Below, one piece after another: positions 11,320 through 25,387 of a stretch of 64,000 nucleotides of DNA (the stretch's first letter is position 1; each line of letters begins with the position of its first letter). The stretch is from Azolla caroliniana (Eukaryota; Plantae; Polypodiophyta): positions 16,430,001 through 16,494,000 of the forward strand of contig JBHGNT010000006.1 of NCBI GenBank assembly GCA_043228905.1. The letters run 5' to 3'. The position numbers and the translations under genes were made by a program. The notes under the pieces are model-generated. The model saw only the letters and a list, made by a program, of their open reading frames with translations. It was not told where the DNA came from and searched no databases.

Positions 11320-14300
11320 TGCTGGTCGACGAATGCCTTCCTTCGTCGTTGCTCCAGTTCCAACTGCGTGATACTCGCTATCCGATGCTCTTCCAACTCA
11401 CATAGTGCCACGCATCGGATTTTCTCTGATTCCTTTTCACTTAGTCGCTCCTGGATCGGTATGCGTAAGCTCAGTACTTGAAATCCAATCGGCATCACCG
11501 CTTCTAGTCCAAATGCTAACCGGAATAGTGTCGTCCTGATGCTTGTTTTATATGTCGTCCGGTAAACCCATAATGCACTGTGCAACTTCGTGTCCCAATC
11601 GGTCTGGTTCTCATTGACAATCTTCCGGAGGATATTCTGTAGTGTCTTGTTGGTGGACTCGTCCAGTCCATTGGCCTGGGGGTAGTATGGAGTGTTGCGC
11701 TTGTGTACTACCGCGTAAAACGTTGTTAGGCTCTCCACTACTTATCCGAGGAAGTGTCCACCCTGGTCGCTAATTAATTCGATTGAACATCTGTAACGGC
11801 ACCAAATGTACTTGTAGAGAAACTTTGTCGTTGATGCCACGGTATTGTCTAGCAAAGCCTTGGCCTCTACCCACTTGGTGCAATAGTTTGTAGCGACAAT
11901 GACGTATCTGTTGCTGGTTCGCATGGCTGGCAGCTTGAATGGTCTGACGAAGTCCAACCCCCATTTTTGAAATGGTTCCAAGGGTAGTACCGGCTGGTTA
12001 GGCATCCACATGTGTTCTGTAGGTTGGCCCATTCGTTGGCACAAATCACATTCCTTCGTATATTGGACCAAATCTTTCAGTGTCGTTGGCCACCATAGCC
12101 CACTACGCCATATTTTTCTTGTTGTAGCTTCACCGACATAGTGTCCTCCGGCGACTCCGCAATGTGCTTCCCGTAATACGGTGTCCTTTTCATCGCTCCG
12201 CACCGCTCTCCGCCATATTCCATCGGCTCCCTTGTGGTATAGGGTGTCTTGTAAGAAACAGAAATGCCGGCTTTGGACCGTCAATTGTTTCCGCTCATCT
12301 TTGTTCATCTCTTCCGGGGGTACTCCCGTGCTTAAGAACTGATGCATGTTCGTTAACCATTTGTCCTCGTCCGGAAATGTACTATCCGCCGTGGTTTCTG
12401 TTGTAATTTTAAATAGTTTGGCATCCAGAAACTCATCCGGTACGCCGTCACCGGCCTCGTCGGTTTCTAACCCACTCAAATAGTAGGCCACCGCATGTTG
12501 TATACCCGGTTGGTGATAAATTTCGAACTCGAATTCCTGTAGTAGCAATGCCCACCGGGCCAGCTTACCTATGAGAGATGCCTTAGAGACCAAGTATAAA
12601 AGTGCAGAATGGTCTACGTGAAATGAAAATTTCCGGCCTAACAAATAGTGTTGAAACTTCATGACACTATAAATCATCCCCAAGGCTTCTCTCTCTGTTG
12701 TGGAATAATTTCATTCTGGTTGTGAAAGTTTTCGGCTCGCATAGTATACTGGCCGATACTACTTGGGTTCGGTCAACTGCATAATTGTGTTGCCGATTGC
12801 TATGTCTGACGCGTCTGGGGGTTGTACTACCGATGCTTGCGATAGTAGTACTTTTAGCGCGCGGTAAGCGTCATCCTCTGTAGCCGTCCATTGAAACGGT
12901 GTCCGGTGAACCGCAGCATGCAAGGGTGTTGCAAGATTTGCCAAATACTAGAGCATCCGGCTATGCCACCAGATTTGTCCTAAAAATCTGCTCAATGCTT
13001 TGGCCGTCGTTGGTGCCAGTGCCTCCAAAATTGCCCTGACTTTGTCCCGGTCTACTGCTATCCCGTCCTTGCTAACAATATGGCCTAGTAGCGTACCACT
13101 AGCCACCCCGAACACACACTTTTCCGGGTTCAAGCTTAGCCGGTATCCCCTGCATTTTTCTAGGCATAACCGGAGATGGTCCAGGTGATCCCCTTGCCGA
13201 CTATACACCGCGAAGTCATTTAGGAACACCTGTAGAAACGCCAGGATGAACTCTCCAAATATTTCCATGATTATCCGCTAAAAGGTAGCCGACGCCGTCT
13301 TGAGTCCAAACATCATGACTACGGCAACAAAAACTCCCCACTTGGTAACGAACGTTATCTTTTCTTGGTCATCCAGGTGCATCCGTATTTGATTGTAACC
13401 TCTGAATCCGTCTAGGAAGCTATATACCTCATGACCAGCTACCGCGTCCAGAACTCCATCTGTGAATGGAAGTGGAAAGCCATTGGTCACCTTCGCGGCA
13501 TTTAGTTTCCGATAATCGACAGTAACTTGTCGATTTCTTCTTTTACCCTTACCGCATAATTAGGGTTCATTCGGTAGCACCTTTGTGCTACCGGTTTGGC
13601 GTCTTTGCTGAGATGTATCTGGTGTTGATATAGCTGCGGATCCAGCCCTCGCATATCCTCATAGGACCAGGCAAATACGTCCCGGAATTCTTTCAATAGT
13701 GTAATGATTGTCGTTTTGTTTTCCGGTGACATTTCTTTGGCAATATGTACCGGTCATGCTTCCTCTCCAGTTCCTAAGTTTACTTCTTCTAGCTAGGATG
13801 CCTTGACCCTTTGAGATACCGCCATTTCCTGTTTCAGGGCCTCCTGTGCTTGATGTAGTTCTCTGATGGCATCTTTATCCGGTTCCTCTCCGACATCTCC
13901 CGGTTGTGTAATATACGAAGAGACTGCTTCTGCCACATCTATTTCAAACAAGGGTGCGATTTTTGGATTTTCCTTGAGATACTGATCGACTTCCTCATCG
14001 GCGAGCCCTTCCAGCATATTAACGCTTTCAGCGTATAACGGTGTTAGCTCTTTGTCGGTTCCGGTTTGTGGATGTGTCGGTACCCCTACTTTGGTTTTGC
14101 CTCGTCGGAACGTAATCACGTTCTTCCGCCAGTTCTGCTTAATGTGCATCATCCACAACCATGGTCGTCCGAGCAATAGTGGGTAAACCCCTTGGGTATT
14201 TAACTGGAGAACCACCGCAGAAATGCGGAGTGCATGTCCTCCAATTGTTACCTCCAAATCTCGTATTAAACAGGTGGGTCTTCCCGAACTCGTATGTGCC

Positions 14301-17121
14301 ATCCGGAGCCAAAACGGGCAAGGCTCCCACTCCTGGATTCCAAGGGTGTCACAAGTGCAAAGGCTTATTACATTGATGCTCGATCCCTGGTAGCTCGCGT
14401 CCTTTGACAAGGGCAGTGATTGCCGAACTGCTTGTGTCAACCACCGTCGGCCCTTCCTTTGGGTTGGAAAAGAAAGTTGGAGCCGGCGACAAGTCTGGTG
14501 TTGTTATTGCCGATTTCAGCCCATCCGTGAACCGGGGTACTAATTGTAGTAGCTAGCCCAATGGCAATGTAATTTGACATTCCTGTAACGCCTGCCATGT
14601 TGGGTTTTCTGCCTGGATTGTGTCGGTGAACTCCGCCGGTGCAGCCTTTTGTTGTTTGACTTCAGCCGCATTCAGTTCATTCGCCTTCTCGACCCATTCG
14701 GTGGCCTGTTTCCGGATAGCCTCTTGAGCTTCCCACTCCTTCGTCTTTCCTTTTGACCTGGTAGTGACTAGTTGTATATCCGCGACCTCTGCTACCACCA
14801 TATTGACTGCCGGTCTTTTTTCATTAGTTTTCACCGAGCATTGGTTGTTGTAATGGCCTTCTTTCCGGTAATAATAACAATACGCTTTCCGGGTATTGCT
14901 GGATTCTGATTTTGGTTCAGTACTTGGTTGAAATCATGTAGTCGGCCGATTAGGCTCTTCCGTTTGTCTTTGTTCTGGCTGGGTGCCACTCAACCCTCTC
15001 TCCGGCTCTCGTGGGTATTCCTTCGCCAGTTCCCGACGCTCCTTTCAGTTGTTTCGTTTCTTATTAAAACGTTGGTGGTTCTTGTATCCCTGTCGGCGGC
15101 GATCTTTGTAATCCCCGTGTTGATCTTCTCCCCTCCGGTTGTAACTTGGAGAGTGATCGCGACCAAAACGGTGACCATTATGATCCTGGTACCTGTCGTA
15201 CTGGTCCTGGTCATAAGTGTCCCTTTTGTCGTTGTACTAGACATCTTGTACTGGCTGGTAACGCTCGTCTCGATGCCAACATTCTTCTTCCTCTTCCCGG
15301 TCGCTACGGGTATCGATTTGTCTTACCGGTGCCGCTTGCCGGTTCAGTAAGTTATATTCGCATCGGTCCATTGTCTGCGGCTTGGAATGGCATAACATGC
15401 ACGGTGACCGCATGGTACATTCTATTGTAGAGTGCCCAACATTGAGACAAGTCGTACATTGTATAGCTTGCCGAAAACGTAGGTCTTCTTTTGTCAGTAA
15501 TGTACACTGGAGTGCCCCCATTGTTAGCCACGAGCTCGTTTTCTCCATCTCCTTGACCTAGTCTATGACCTGGTAGATCATGCTAGTGCGAAAATCAATG
15601 ACTGTGCACACCGTACACAGGGGTTCCCGCAGTGCTGCTAGGAATATTGCTTTAGCCTCTGCTTCCGATGGTGCCTGACTTAGCTGGTTGTGCATCCACT
15701 AGAACCGGATTACGAATTGTTGAATGGTTTCCGTAGGTTCTTGCTGTATGGTGTACAATAGGCCGACCATCTCTCCTTGATCCTCCTCCTTGTTGAAGAA
15801 TTGTAAAAATCTGATTTTCAAGTCCTCAAACGTAGTGATGGTGTCGGGAAGGTGCGTCAAGTGCCATCGCGCGGCTGGTCCTTCCAAAGTCATGCCGAAC
15901 TCTGCAATCTTCGATCGTTCTGCTTCAGCGGTGTTTAAGCGTTGCGACACATGGTTTGCTTCCCATGTTTGTAGAAATGCATACACATGGGCTTCCGTGT
16001 CCAGATCATCCCGGTACTTGGGATATTGGAACGGCATATTGGAGTCAGAGGTTTCTCCTCCTCTGTTTTCGGAGGCGGTGTCAGAGGTCTTTCCTCCTCT
16101 TTTCCCAGTGTTGAAGGTCTTCCCTCTTCCTCCTTCGGAGGCCCGCGTGGCGGTGTCAGAGGTTGATCCACCTCGTGCCTTCCTGAAGCTTCCAGTTCTG
16201 TTATCACTAGTTCCGGTGTCGGTATATTATTTGATTCCTCGTCCTCCGGTCCGTCTGGGGTGTCGTGACTACTGGGTAATTCGAATGTGCGTTGTACTCG
16301 CCGTCCGAATCTGATTCAAACGCCGAAAATGGTTCTGAATCTCCTTCTCCTATTGCTAATGCATGCAGGATGGATTCTGCTTCTCTTAGTCTACTTAAAC
16401 TGCTTCCTTCGTCTGGATGGGAATTTTGCTGCACACGGAATGACTCTGCGGCCACTCACCGGATCACCTTTGAAAAGGATCGATCCGCGCGGATTTCTTC
16501 TGCCGCCTGGTGGTATGCTTCGCGCTTCCGCAGTCGTTCGGCGAGTCGTCGCGCTCGCTCCGTTGTTGGGTCGTTTGTTGGTCTAGTCATCCATGCCCCT
16601 CGTTGTTCACTGCGCTTGAGTAGGAATTGTGGTCGCCAAAAACTATGTTGCTCCTTGGGGTAGGACTAGCCCTAACACAGGGTGTCCCTCTAGGACACTT
16701 CGCCAAAGGGTGGTGCAAGTGGGGTAGGCGTAGACCGTGATACAACGAATTCCTAACCGGCTATTAGCCGGTGTGGTTAATGATCTCAATACACGCGTAA
16801 GATAGATTCTATTAAGCACAGAACGGTAATTAACTAAAGCTTCAAAGATTAAACAAGATATAGAACAACAACATTTTCATTAATAAACCAATAATTGATT
16901 ACATTCTAACCGGGTCCTTTTATAGGTTACCGGCTCTGGGTACAAACCAGTGTCAACCGGCAACCGGCTACGAACCGGTCCGGATCCGGATCCAGATCGG
17001 CATACCGAATCCGGGTCCGTCCGTTCGCTTCTCAAAATATAATAATTATAAATAGTTCTAAAATAAATATCCCTTTCCCATCCTAGACTTTATTCGGCTT
17101 GTAAGTCTTTGCCGGTCAACA
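11316..17121 (-). mobile_element. Element E: 3'-truncated degenerate non-chromovirus gypsy (same group as D)
   Basis: 5' LTR 16646-17121; PBS tggcgaccaca (tRNA-Arg-like) ~16628-16638; gag YPKYRDD..F..TWEAN; RT YSFLDGFRGYNQI, FLNDF; RNase H; integrase WGLDFV, YYPQANG. Confidence 0.92.
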
Positions 17122-17694
17122 CCGGTAACAACAGAAAGAGAAAGATATGGACAGAGGTATGGTGAGGTCACTTCCAACAGAGAAGCTCGACTAGAGCAAC
17201 TATGCGTCTTGGTCATATAAAATGCACCAGTACTTGTTGGGGCATGGTTATTGGAGCTACATGGAACGAACCAACGAGGTAGCACTGGAGCTAGCACACA
17301 AAGACTTCCCGGAATTGGAGCAAAGAGCGAGCCGAGTATTGTATTGTCTCGCGTCCGGTGTGCACGATGAGATGCTCAGCTACATCAAAGATGCAAAAAC
17401 ACTAAAGGAGTCCTGGGAAAATCTCCGGAAGATTTTTGCCGCTAGTACCACAGCACGGAAGTTGCAGCTCCGACAAGAGCTCAACAATATCCGACAGAGG
17501 GATATGTCTGTGACCGACTACACCACCAAGATAAAGGAGATTTGCGATGCGCTCGGGTCCATCGACGTAACCATCCTTCTTTGGTGGTCTAATACAAGGG
17601 TACAGGCCAATCCGGACAGCAATCTACACGCGGGAGAAGCCACCGTCCTTCTTCGACTTACAATCCATGTTGATGGTCGAAGAAAACCACGAGA

Positions 17695-17850
17695 GTGGGT
17701 CGAGGACCACTCAATCGCATAGTCGGATGTTGTACATGGAGGCGGATTGACCTCGTGGGCGTGGAGGATGAGGTGGGTCGAGGACCACTCAATCGGATAG
17801 TCGGATGTTGTACATGGAGGCGGATTGATCTCGTGGGCGTGGAGGATGAG
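17695..17850 (+). repeat. 78-bp tandem duplication in copia gag
   Basis: gtgggtcgaggaccactcaatcg... at 17695 and 17773. Confidence 0.9.
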
Positions 17851-18519
17851 GTGGGTCGGGACGCAATGGAGGTGGCCGGCAAGAGCAGAACCGAAGGCAC
17901 AGAGACAGTGTCGACAGTAGTGTCGACTGTAGGGGGAGTCAAGTCGGAGCCAGAAAGGCCACACAGAGAGTGAGTGCTAGAAGAAGCGTGGCGATTCAGA
18001 TAAATCCGGATCTGGCAAGGCCGGACAAGGGAATCGACAAAGCTTGCACTAAGCAAAAGGATCGGAAGGATCCGGAAACGGGAAGACCGGTAAAGGGTCA
18101 ACCTTCGTGATGAAGCACAAGGCTAACTCGATGAAGAAGACTACTTCCAAATCGGAGGAAGTATGGTATGTTGATTCCGGAGCGTCCAACCACGTGACAA
18201 GCCATGAAGAGTGGTTCTCCTTTTTGGAGAAACTAGAACAACCGGTGATTGTCGAAACCGGAGACAACACCCCTCACCCAATTGTGCATGTCGGAGAAGT
18301 CCCTTTAATCCATATGGGACAAAAAGGGAACCTGATGAATGTACTACACGTTTTGACTATCACAAAGAACCTGGTGTCGGTTGGACAAATCGTCGACCAG
18401 GGGATGCAGGTGCAGTTTACGCACCTTGAGTGGTTCATCGAGGAAGAAGGCTGGATAATTGCGCAAGGGCGCAGAGAAGGGAGGATGTTTATCCTCAACA
18501 CTAATGACGTCGGCACCGC

Positions 18520-19085
18520 TGTCGTGAAGATTTCCGGCTTTGGTGTGAAACCAGGATGGAATGGGCATGTCAGCAATGCGCAACATGTGCACATGTATAG
18601 TAGGAAAATAGTGTATAGAATAAGGAGGGGAATTTATCCCACAATCTAACGTTTGTCCCTCCTTGGGCTATAAAAGGAAGGGAGGGGTCTCTTGTGAAGG
18701 GGTTGTGTATTTTGAGTGAGAAGGGTATACCACCTAGGTCGAGGGTTTCTATTTCGGTTTTAGGGTTTTGTCTAGGATTTTACTATTCTTCTTCTTCTTC
18801 ATACCATTTCGGGTTTAGGGTTTCTCCTAGGGTTTCTTCTTCTTCATCTTCTTTACTTTACTTATCCAGTTAGGGTTTATTTTTGTAGTGGTTTTGGTGC
18901 AGCCTATGCGGCCATGGTGGTAATCGTTCGCAGAGTCTTAATATAACTTGGTGTGTATCTTGCCTCCATCTATCTTCTTGTTTCGTCCATTCTATGTTTA
19001 AGCTTCCATTCCCCCTCTACTCCCTAGTCCAAGACCCCCATAGTCCCGCCTAAGATCTTACATGTACTTGCGGAAAACTGCGACA
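18520..19085 (+). mobile_element. Solo LTR of the TGTCG...CGACA gypsy group inserted in copia pol
   Basis: Termini tgtcgtgaagatt/cgaca; 4-bp TSD ccgc/ctgc; removing it restores the host reading VGTAMFAKG; TATA-like ctataaaag ~18668. Confidence 0.88.
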
Positions 19086-21587
19086 CTGCCATGTTTGCCA
19101 AAGGACAAAAGATTGAATCGATATCGATCTCTGGCATAAGCATATCGGCCACGTCAACTGCCAGAGGCTTCAAAATCTGCAATCGGAACAATTTGTGTTC
19201 GGATTGCCGAAGTTTAGTGGCCGGAAGGCCCAAATATGTGAAGCTTGCCAACTCGGGAAGCAACACCAGCTTTCATTCCCCACCGAACGAAACCGGAGCC
19301 GTAACAAGCTTGATCTAATCCATTTGGATGTATGGGGACTGGCATAGAACGTTAGTCTTGGCGGGAGTTGGTATTTTGTCTCCTTCATCGACGACTACAG
19401 TCGGCACATGTGGATCTACCTCATCGAGAAGAAAAGCGAAGTCTTCGACTGTTTCCGGAACCTTTAAAGTTTAGTCGAAAGGGAAATGGAGAGGAAGATC
19501 CTATGCTTGCGGTCGGATGGAGGAAAAGAATACTTTTCTAGCCAATTAAACAGTTATCTGCAGCAGAACGGAATTCAGAGAGAATTTAGTTGCAGATACA
19601 CGCCGGAGCAAAACGGTGTGGCCGAAAGGAAGAACCGATTGATTGTCGACGCGACAAGGGAAATGCTGGAGGAGAAGAGCATGCCCCAATTCTACTAGGC
19701 TGAGGCGGTCCGGACGACCGTCTACATCCAAAACCGGATCGGGGACAACGTGTCAGCACATGAGCTGTATTTCGGGCTGAAGCTGAATTTGAGGCACCTT
19801 CGGATATTCAGTAGCATAGCATATATGCATGTACCGGATGAGAAGCGGAAGAAGCTAGATCCAAAGTCAGAGAAATGCATCCTAGTCAGTTACTCGCATG
19901 AGTAAAAGGGGTATAAGTGCTATAACCCCCAGATTAAACAGGTATGAGTAAGTCGAGATGTCGAGTTTGATGAGTCGGCATCATGGTACACCCTACCGAC
20001 TCCAACTCCTGACGAAGACCCGATTCCGAAAGATGAGGCTAGTGAGCCCGAGGAGGTTCAGGAAGAAGATGAAGACTTCGGCACTATAGAAGAGAGTTCG
20101 ATCTGATTTCGGCTAAGTGGACCGAATGAGCGACTGAGTCGGGATGACCAACGGATGAAGAACTGACGAGTAGTGGAGACTCTGGCGTGCTCTCCCCGCG
20201 CAAGGAACCAAGGAAACGATTCACGCCCAAAGAGAAGGGGAAGAAGAAGATGCCGGAATACAATACCGGTAGTGAAGGGTCAGATTGGAGCGAATCTGAC
20301 CCCGAAAAGGGAGAAGGCGGATCTGCAGAAATGACGCCCGAACCGGCCAAGAAGGACCTCAATCGGGTAACGAAAAGTTACACCGGTCAACTCGTCAAAA
20401 GAAAACCTTCATGAGGTACGGATATAATGAGTACATGGTGCATCACTATGCATACATGACTAAGGTGGTGGAAGTGTGTGAGCCGGGGAGCACACAGAAG
20501 CAGCGAAAAATGCAAATTGGCGTGTTGCTATGGAGGAAGAAATGCGGGCACTAGATGCCAACGACACATGGGACCTGGTTGACCCACCCCGATAGTGCAA
20601 ACCGATCGGTTGCAAGTGGGTGTACAAGGTAAAGTACAACGCTGACGGTTCGGTCAATCGGTACAAAGTCCGGTTAGTGGCAACGGGATATGCACAGACC
20701 CACGGAATCAACTACGACGTGACCTTCGCTCCGGTAGCGAAGATGACGATGGTTCGTGTTGTACTGGCTGTTGCTGCAGCAAGGGGATGGCATCTTCACC
20801 AAATGGACGTGAAGAATGCATTTCTTCAAGGTGATCTTGAAGAACGGGTCTATATGATCCAACCCCCTGGTTTGCAATCAGAGATGAAAAAGTCAGCAGT
20901 GTGCCGACTCAAGAAATTGCTTTACGGTCTGAAACAAGACCCCCGAGCTTGGAATGCGAAGATCACACACCGATTGCGTAAGATGGGATTTGTGGCCTCT
21001 AAGTTTGACTCTTCATTGTTCATCTGGAACGGTCCAGTTTGCATTTTGCTTTATGTAGATGATTTAGTCATCACCGGACCCGGACTCAATGAAATCGGTC
21101 GAGTGAAGTCCCAGTTGTCGGACACATTCGAAATGAAGGACCTAGGGAACCATCATTATTTTCTTGGGATTGAGGTGATCCGAACCCCCGATGGCATATT
21201 GCTCTCACAACGCCATTATGTGTTGAATATGTTGTACAATTTCGACATGATTGAATGCCGACCGATCTCTACACCCCTGGACCGGAACCTGAAGCTACGT
21301 CTTGACTCTGGCCTGGCCTACAATGAGAAACGGTTCCGACAAATTGTCGGAAGCCTCATATACTTAACAATCACTCGACCCGACATAAGTTACCCGGTCG
21401 GAGTGATCAGCTAGATCATGCAAAAGCCGACCATCGAGCACCTTCAGTGCGCACACCGGCTACTCCGGTATGTTTGCGGCACGAAGGACCGGAGACTGTT
21501 ATACCCACACGATATAGCTGGGAAGCTAGTCCGATATACCAATGCTGACTGGGCTGGTGATGCATCGGATCGCCGATCCACCTCCGG

Positions 21588-21947
21588 TTACATGTTTTCT
21601 CTTGGTAGCACGGTTGTTGCGTGGAGCAGCAAAAAGAAGCAAACAATGGCTCTGTCGAGCACTGAGGTTGAATACCGGGGCGCTACCATTGCCACCTGTG
21701 AAGCCATCTGGCTTCGGCGACTGATGCGTGACCTCCGGATTCAGGTGCCGACCCCGATCCGAATCTATTACATGTTTTCTCTTGGTAGCACGGTTGTTGC
21801 GTGGAGCAGCAAAAAGAAGCCAACAATGGCTCTGTCGAGCACTGAGGTTGAATACCAGGGCACTACCATTGCCACCTCTGAAGCCATCTGGCTTCGGCGA
21901 CTGATGCGTGACCTCCGGATTGAGGTGCCGACCCCGATCCGAATCTA
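21588..21947 (+). repeat. 180-bp in-frame tandem duplication in copia RNase H
   Basis: ttacatgttttctcttggtagc at 21588 and 21768; YMFSLGSTVVAWSSKK appears twice. Confidence 0.93.
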
Positions 21948-24900
21948 TTGCGACAACATGAGCAACATATAGCTCACGAAGAACCCAGTGTTCCATGCTC
22001 AGACAAAGCACATAAAAGTGCATTATCACTTTGTTCGTGAGCGGGTCCTAAGCGGTGAAGTTGAACTTCGGTATGTTTACAAGGATTGGCAGGTCGCCAA
22101 TATCTTCACCAAGCTGCTCAGATCGGACAAGTTGCAGCATTGTTCGGAGATGCTCGGCATTTAGCATCTCGATGTGCCGCACTTGAGGGGAAGAGTAGGA
22201 ATATAAATGAATAGCACCAGACAAGGAGCCGGAGAGGAAGAAATAATCAAGGGGGGAGATGAGTAGATAAAGGAAGCCGAGCCAACTGAAGGAGTCAGCA
22301 CACCCAAACAAGTCGGAGCAAACAGCAGTAGCGGCAGAGTCAAGAAGGACTGAGCCGACCGGAAGAAGAAGGCCAAGACCTGGACGTGGTTCGATGTGGT
22401 GAAGGGCTTGAAAACCGGAGATGAGTTGGAGAACACCAAATCAGACAAGAGCTGGAACGAATCGGAAGAGACCGACTCAGGCAAGAGCTAGAACGAATCG
22501 GAGACACCCGATTCGGTTCAATAGTTGGATTTGGAGGAGCCGGATCAACTAAAGGCCATGTGGACTAAGAGGCAGCGGAAGTCGATGACAACACGAAGGA
22601 ACCGACAGGTCGACAAGCGCTGGAATCACGGCAACGAAGGAGGTGACATGGGCCTGCTGAGCAGACAAGCCGACCAAGAAGCTTGAGGTGTGCGGAACCG
22701 AACAGATCGCAGGAAGTGGAACTGGAACCGGATCAGACAAGGTGCACGAGCAAGGCAAGCGAGCGAAAGGAGTCAAAGAGGAGAATTGGCTACCACTGAC
22801 ACAAACACCATGACCAGAACTCAAGTTGAGCTTGAGGGGTAGTGTTGAGCGAGCAAGCTCAACCGGATCCGGATCGGCTGAATAAGCCAGAGCCGGATCG
22901 ATATCTGGATCAGAGAACCGGATCGGTGTCTAGATGGGACATGAAAAACATAGTGGGGCTCGAGAAGGGAGACATGAAAAACATCATGAATACGGAAATG
23001 GGATGGAAGGGCCAGTTGGAAGGCGACGGGATTGATGCGCTCAACCATACGGAATGGTTCCAAATTCTTGTAATCAAGTTTCTCACATGGACGGGTAGTG
23101 GAGATGTGTTGTCATAACAACCAGACCATGTCACCAACGACAAAGGGTGGAGTTCTAGAGCGATGGCGATCAACATGCTTCTTGTATCATTCTCTAGCGA
23201 GACGAAGCTCCAAGGATAAGTCATGATGTAGCTCTTCCAAAACACAGGCTCGACCCTCTGCTGAAGGGTTCATAGAAGTGGTAGGGAGGGACATGTTGAA
23301 GCGAGGATGTAAACCACAGTTTGCAAAGAACGGAGTGATGCCAGTCGATGTATGGACAAAATTATTGTAGGCGAATTCTGCAAGTGAAAGTAAGTTGCCC
23401 AGTCATCTTGTTGGTAACTAACTGAGCACCGAAGATACTGCTTGAGGATTTGTTGGACGCGCTCCATCTGACCGTCAGTCTGAGGGTGATAAGTGGAGGA
23501 CAACTTGATGGAGATGCCTAAAGTTTGCAGTAGGCGTTGCCAGAAGTGAGAGACAAACTGGGGTCCGCAATCAGAGATGACATCGTCGGGGAGGCCATGC
23601 AAACGAACCACATGATTGAGGAGTAGATGCATCATTACTTCTCTGGAAATGGTTTTTGAGCATGGAGTGAAGTGAGCCATCTTTGTAAACCGAGCAACAA
23701 CGACTAACACCAAGTCATAGCTATTGACCAAGGGTAGATCGGTTATGAGGTCTATAGAGATAGAGGCCCAGGGATGACTAGGGCATGGAAGCGGCTAGAG
23801 GAAGCCATATGGCCGATGATGAGCAACTTTGGAGCGAGCGCAAACCTCACAAGTCTTGATGTATTCTTTGATCAACTTCCATGGTTGTGGCCACCAGTAC
23901 CCTCAAGTGATTAGTTCGAGGGTTTTTGCCACTCCGAATTGCCCTGCAAGGGGGTCATCGTGGCATTCCCACAACACTCGGGTGCGACATGGGCCCTCTG
24001 AGACGTATAAGAGATGATCGCGGAATAACAAACCATCTTGTATGGTGAAGTGGTCAAGGTCCGTCCTTCTCGGCGTCTTGGAGGGATTTTGTAGACTATC
24101 TCAAATCTCGTTGGCAAATGCATCAGTCTTGGATCCATCAGTCATCTGTTGGAGTAACGAATCATCCTGCATCATACAAGTGGAAAAAAGATGCAATTGG
24201 TCGAGTTTCAGCAAATAGCGAGATTGTTGAGCATGAGTGGCATCCCGGGGCAGATGGCAAATTCGGGTCGACGAGAAAGAGCATCGGCCTTCCCATGTTG
24301 GCCACCAGGTCGAAATATGATCTCAAAATCATAGTCGGCAAGAAATGTCGACCAACGAGCCTGCCTTCAATTCAAAGTACAAGTAGTGAAAAAATAAATT
24401 AAATTCTTATGATCAGTCACTACCTGGACACAGTGTTGTGCTCCAACCAAATATGGGGGCCATTCTTCAAAGGCGGCAATGATAGCAGCAAGTTCCTTGT
24501 CATATATTGGATAATTGATTTCAGATGTCGTGAATTTGCGGGAGTAGTAAGCCACCGGGTGCATTATGTTGGAGTTATCAGCCTGGGATAAAATGGCGCC
24601 AATGGCAAAGTCAAAGGCATCAGTTTCGACCTAGAAGGCTCGTGTGGGGTCGGCATGTGGAAGCACGGGGGCAGTGGTGAATGCGTGTTTGAGAGAGTCG
24701 AATGCATTTTGTGCTGCCGAGGTCCATAGAAAGGGAGTACCTTTGCGCGTGAGCACGATAAGAGGATGAGTTAGAGTGGAAAACCTCTGGATGAAGCGAC
24801 GTTAAATTTTGGTGAAGCCAAGGAAGGATTGTACATCTTTAAGTCGAGTTGCAATTGCCCACTCCCGAATGACGGAAACCTTCTTCATATCCATCGTGAT

Positions 24901-25291
24901 GCCATTGGGTGAGATGATGTAGCCCAGGAATTCAATCGAGGTACGGTCGAACTCACATTTCTCACTTTTGGCATAAAGGCCATGCTCCCAAAGTTTTGCA
25001 AGAACTAATTGGACTTGACAGGTGTGCTCCACCATGTTTGGCGAAAAAATGAGAATATCATCCAGGTAGATAATCACAAAATGATCCAGATATTCCCATA
25101 ATATATCGTTCATCATATGTTGAAAAATAGTTGGGGCGTTAGTAAGGCAAAAAGGCATTACCTTATATTCGAAAAAATGTCCATATTGTGTTTGGAAGGA
25201 GGTTTTCCATTCATCACCGGGCTTGATGGGGACCAGATTGTACGCACCACGCAGATCAACTTTGGAGAAGACAAGCGCAACGCGAAGCCGG

Positions 25292-25353
25292 TGTCACGTT
25301 GTTACGCACGTGCGTGTAGAAAGAGGCGGGGCCACGGGGGCCTTGAACCAAGG

Positions 25354-25387
<34 letters not shown>

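Larger units (their letters stand above)
17122..22926 (+). mobile_element. Degenerate Ty1/copia element lacking its 5' LTR, with truncated 3' LTR
   Basis: gag SNYASWSYKM..; protease WYVDSGASNH; integrase LRSDGGKEY; [19 protein letters not shown]; RNase H NADWAGD; PPT ttgaggggtag then TGTTG at 22843. Confidence 0.92.

Noticed and set aside
11316-17126. ccggt at both ends of element E as a TSD
   Set aside because: The left copy lies inside the truncated integrase region rather than next to an LTR, and the two flanks belong to different copia families
18755-18882. Interstitial telomere
   Set aside because: Isolated motifs inside an LTR, not a tandem TTTAGGG array
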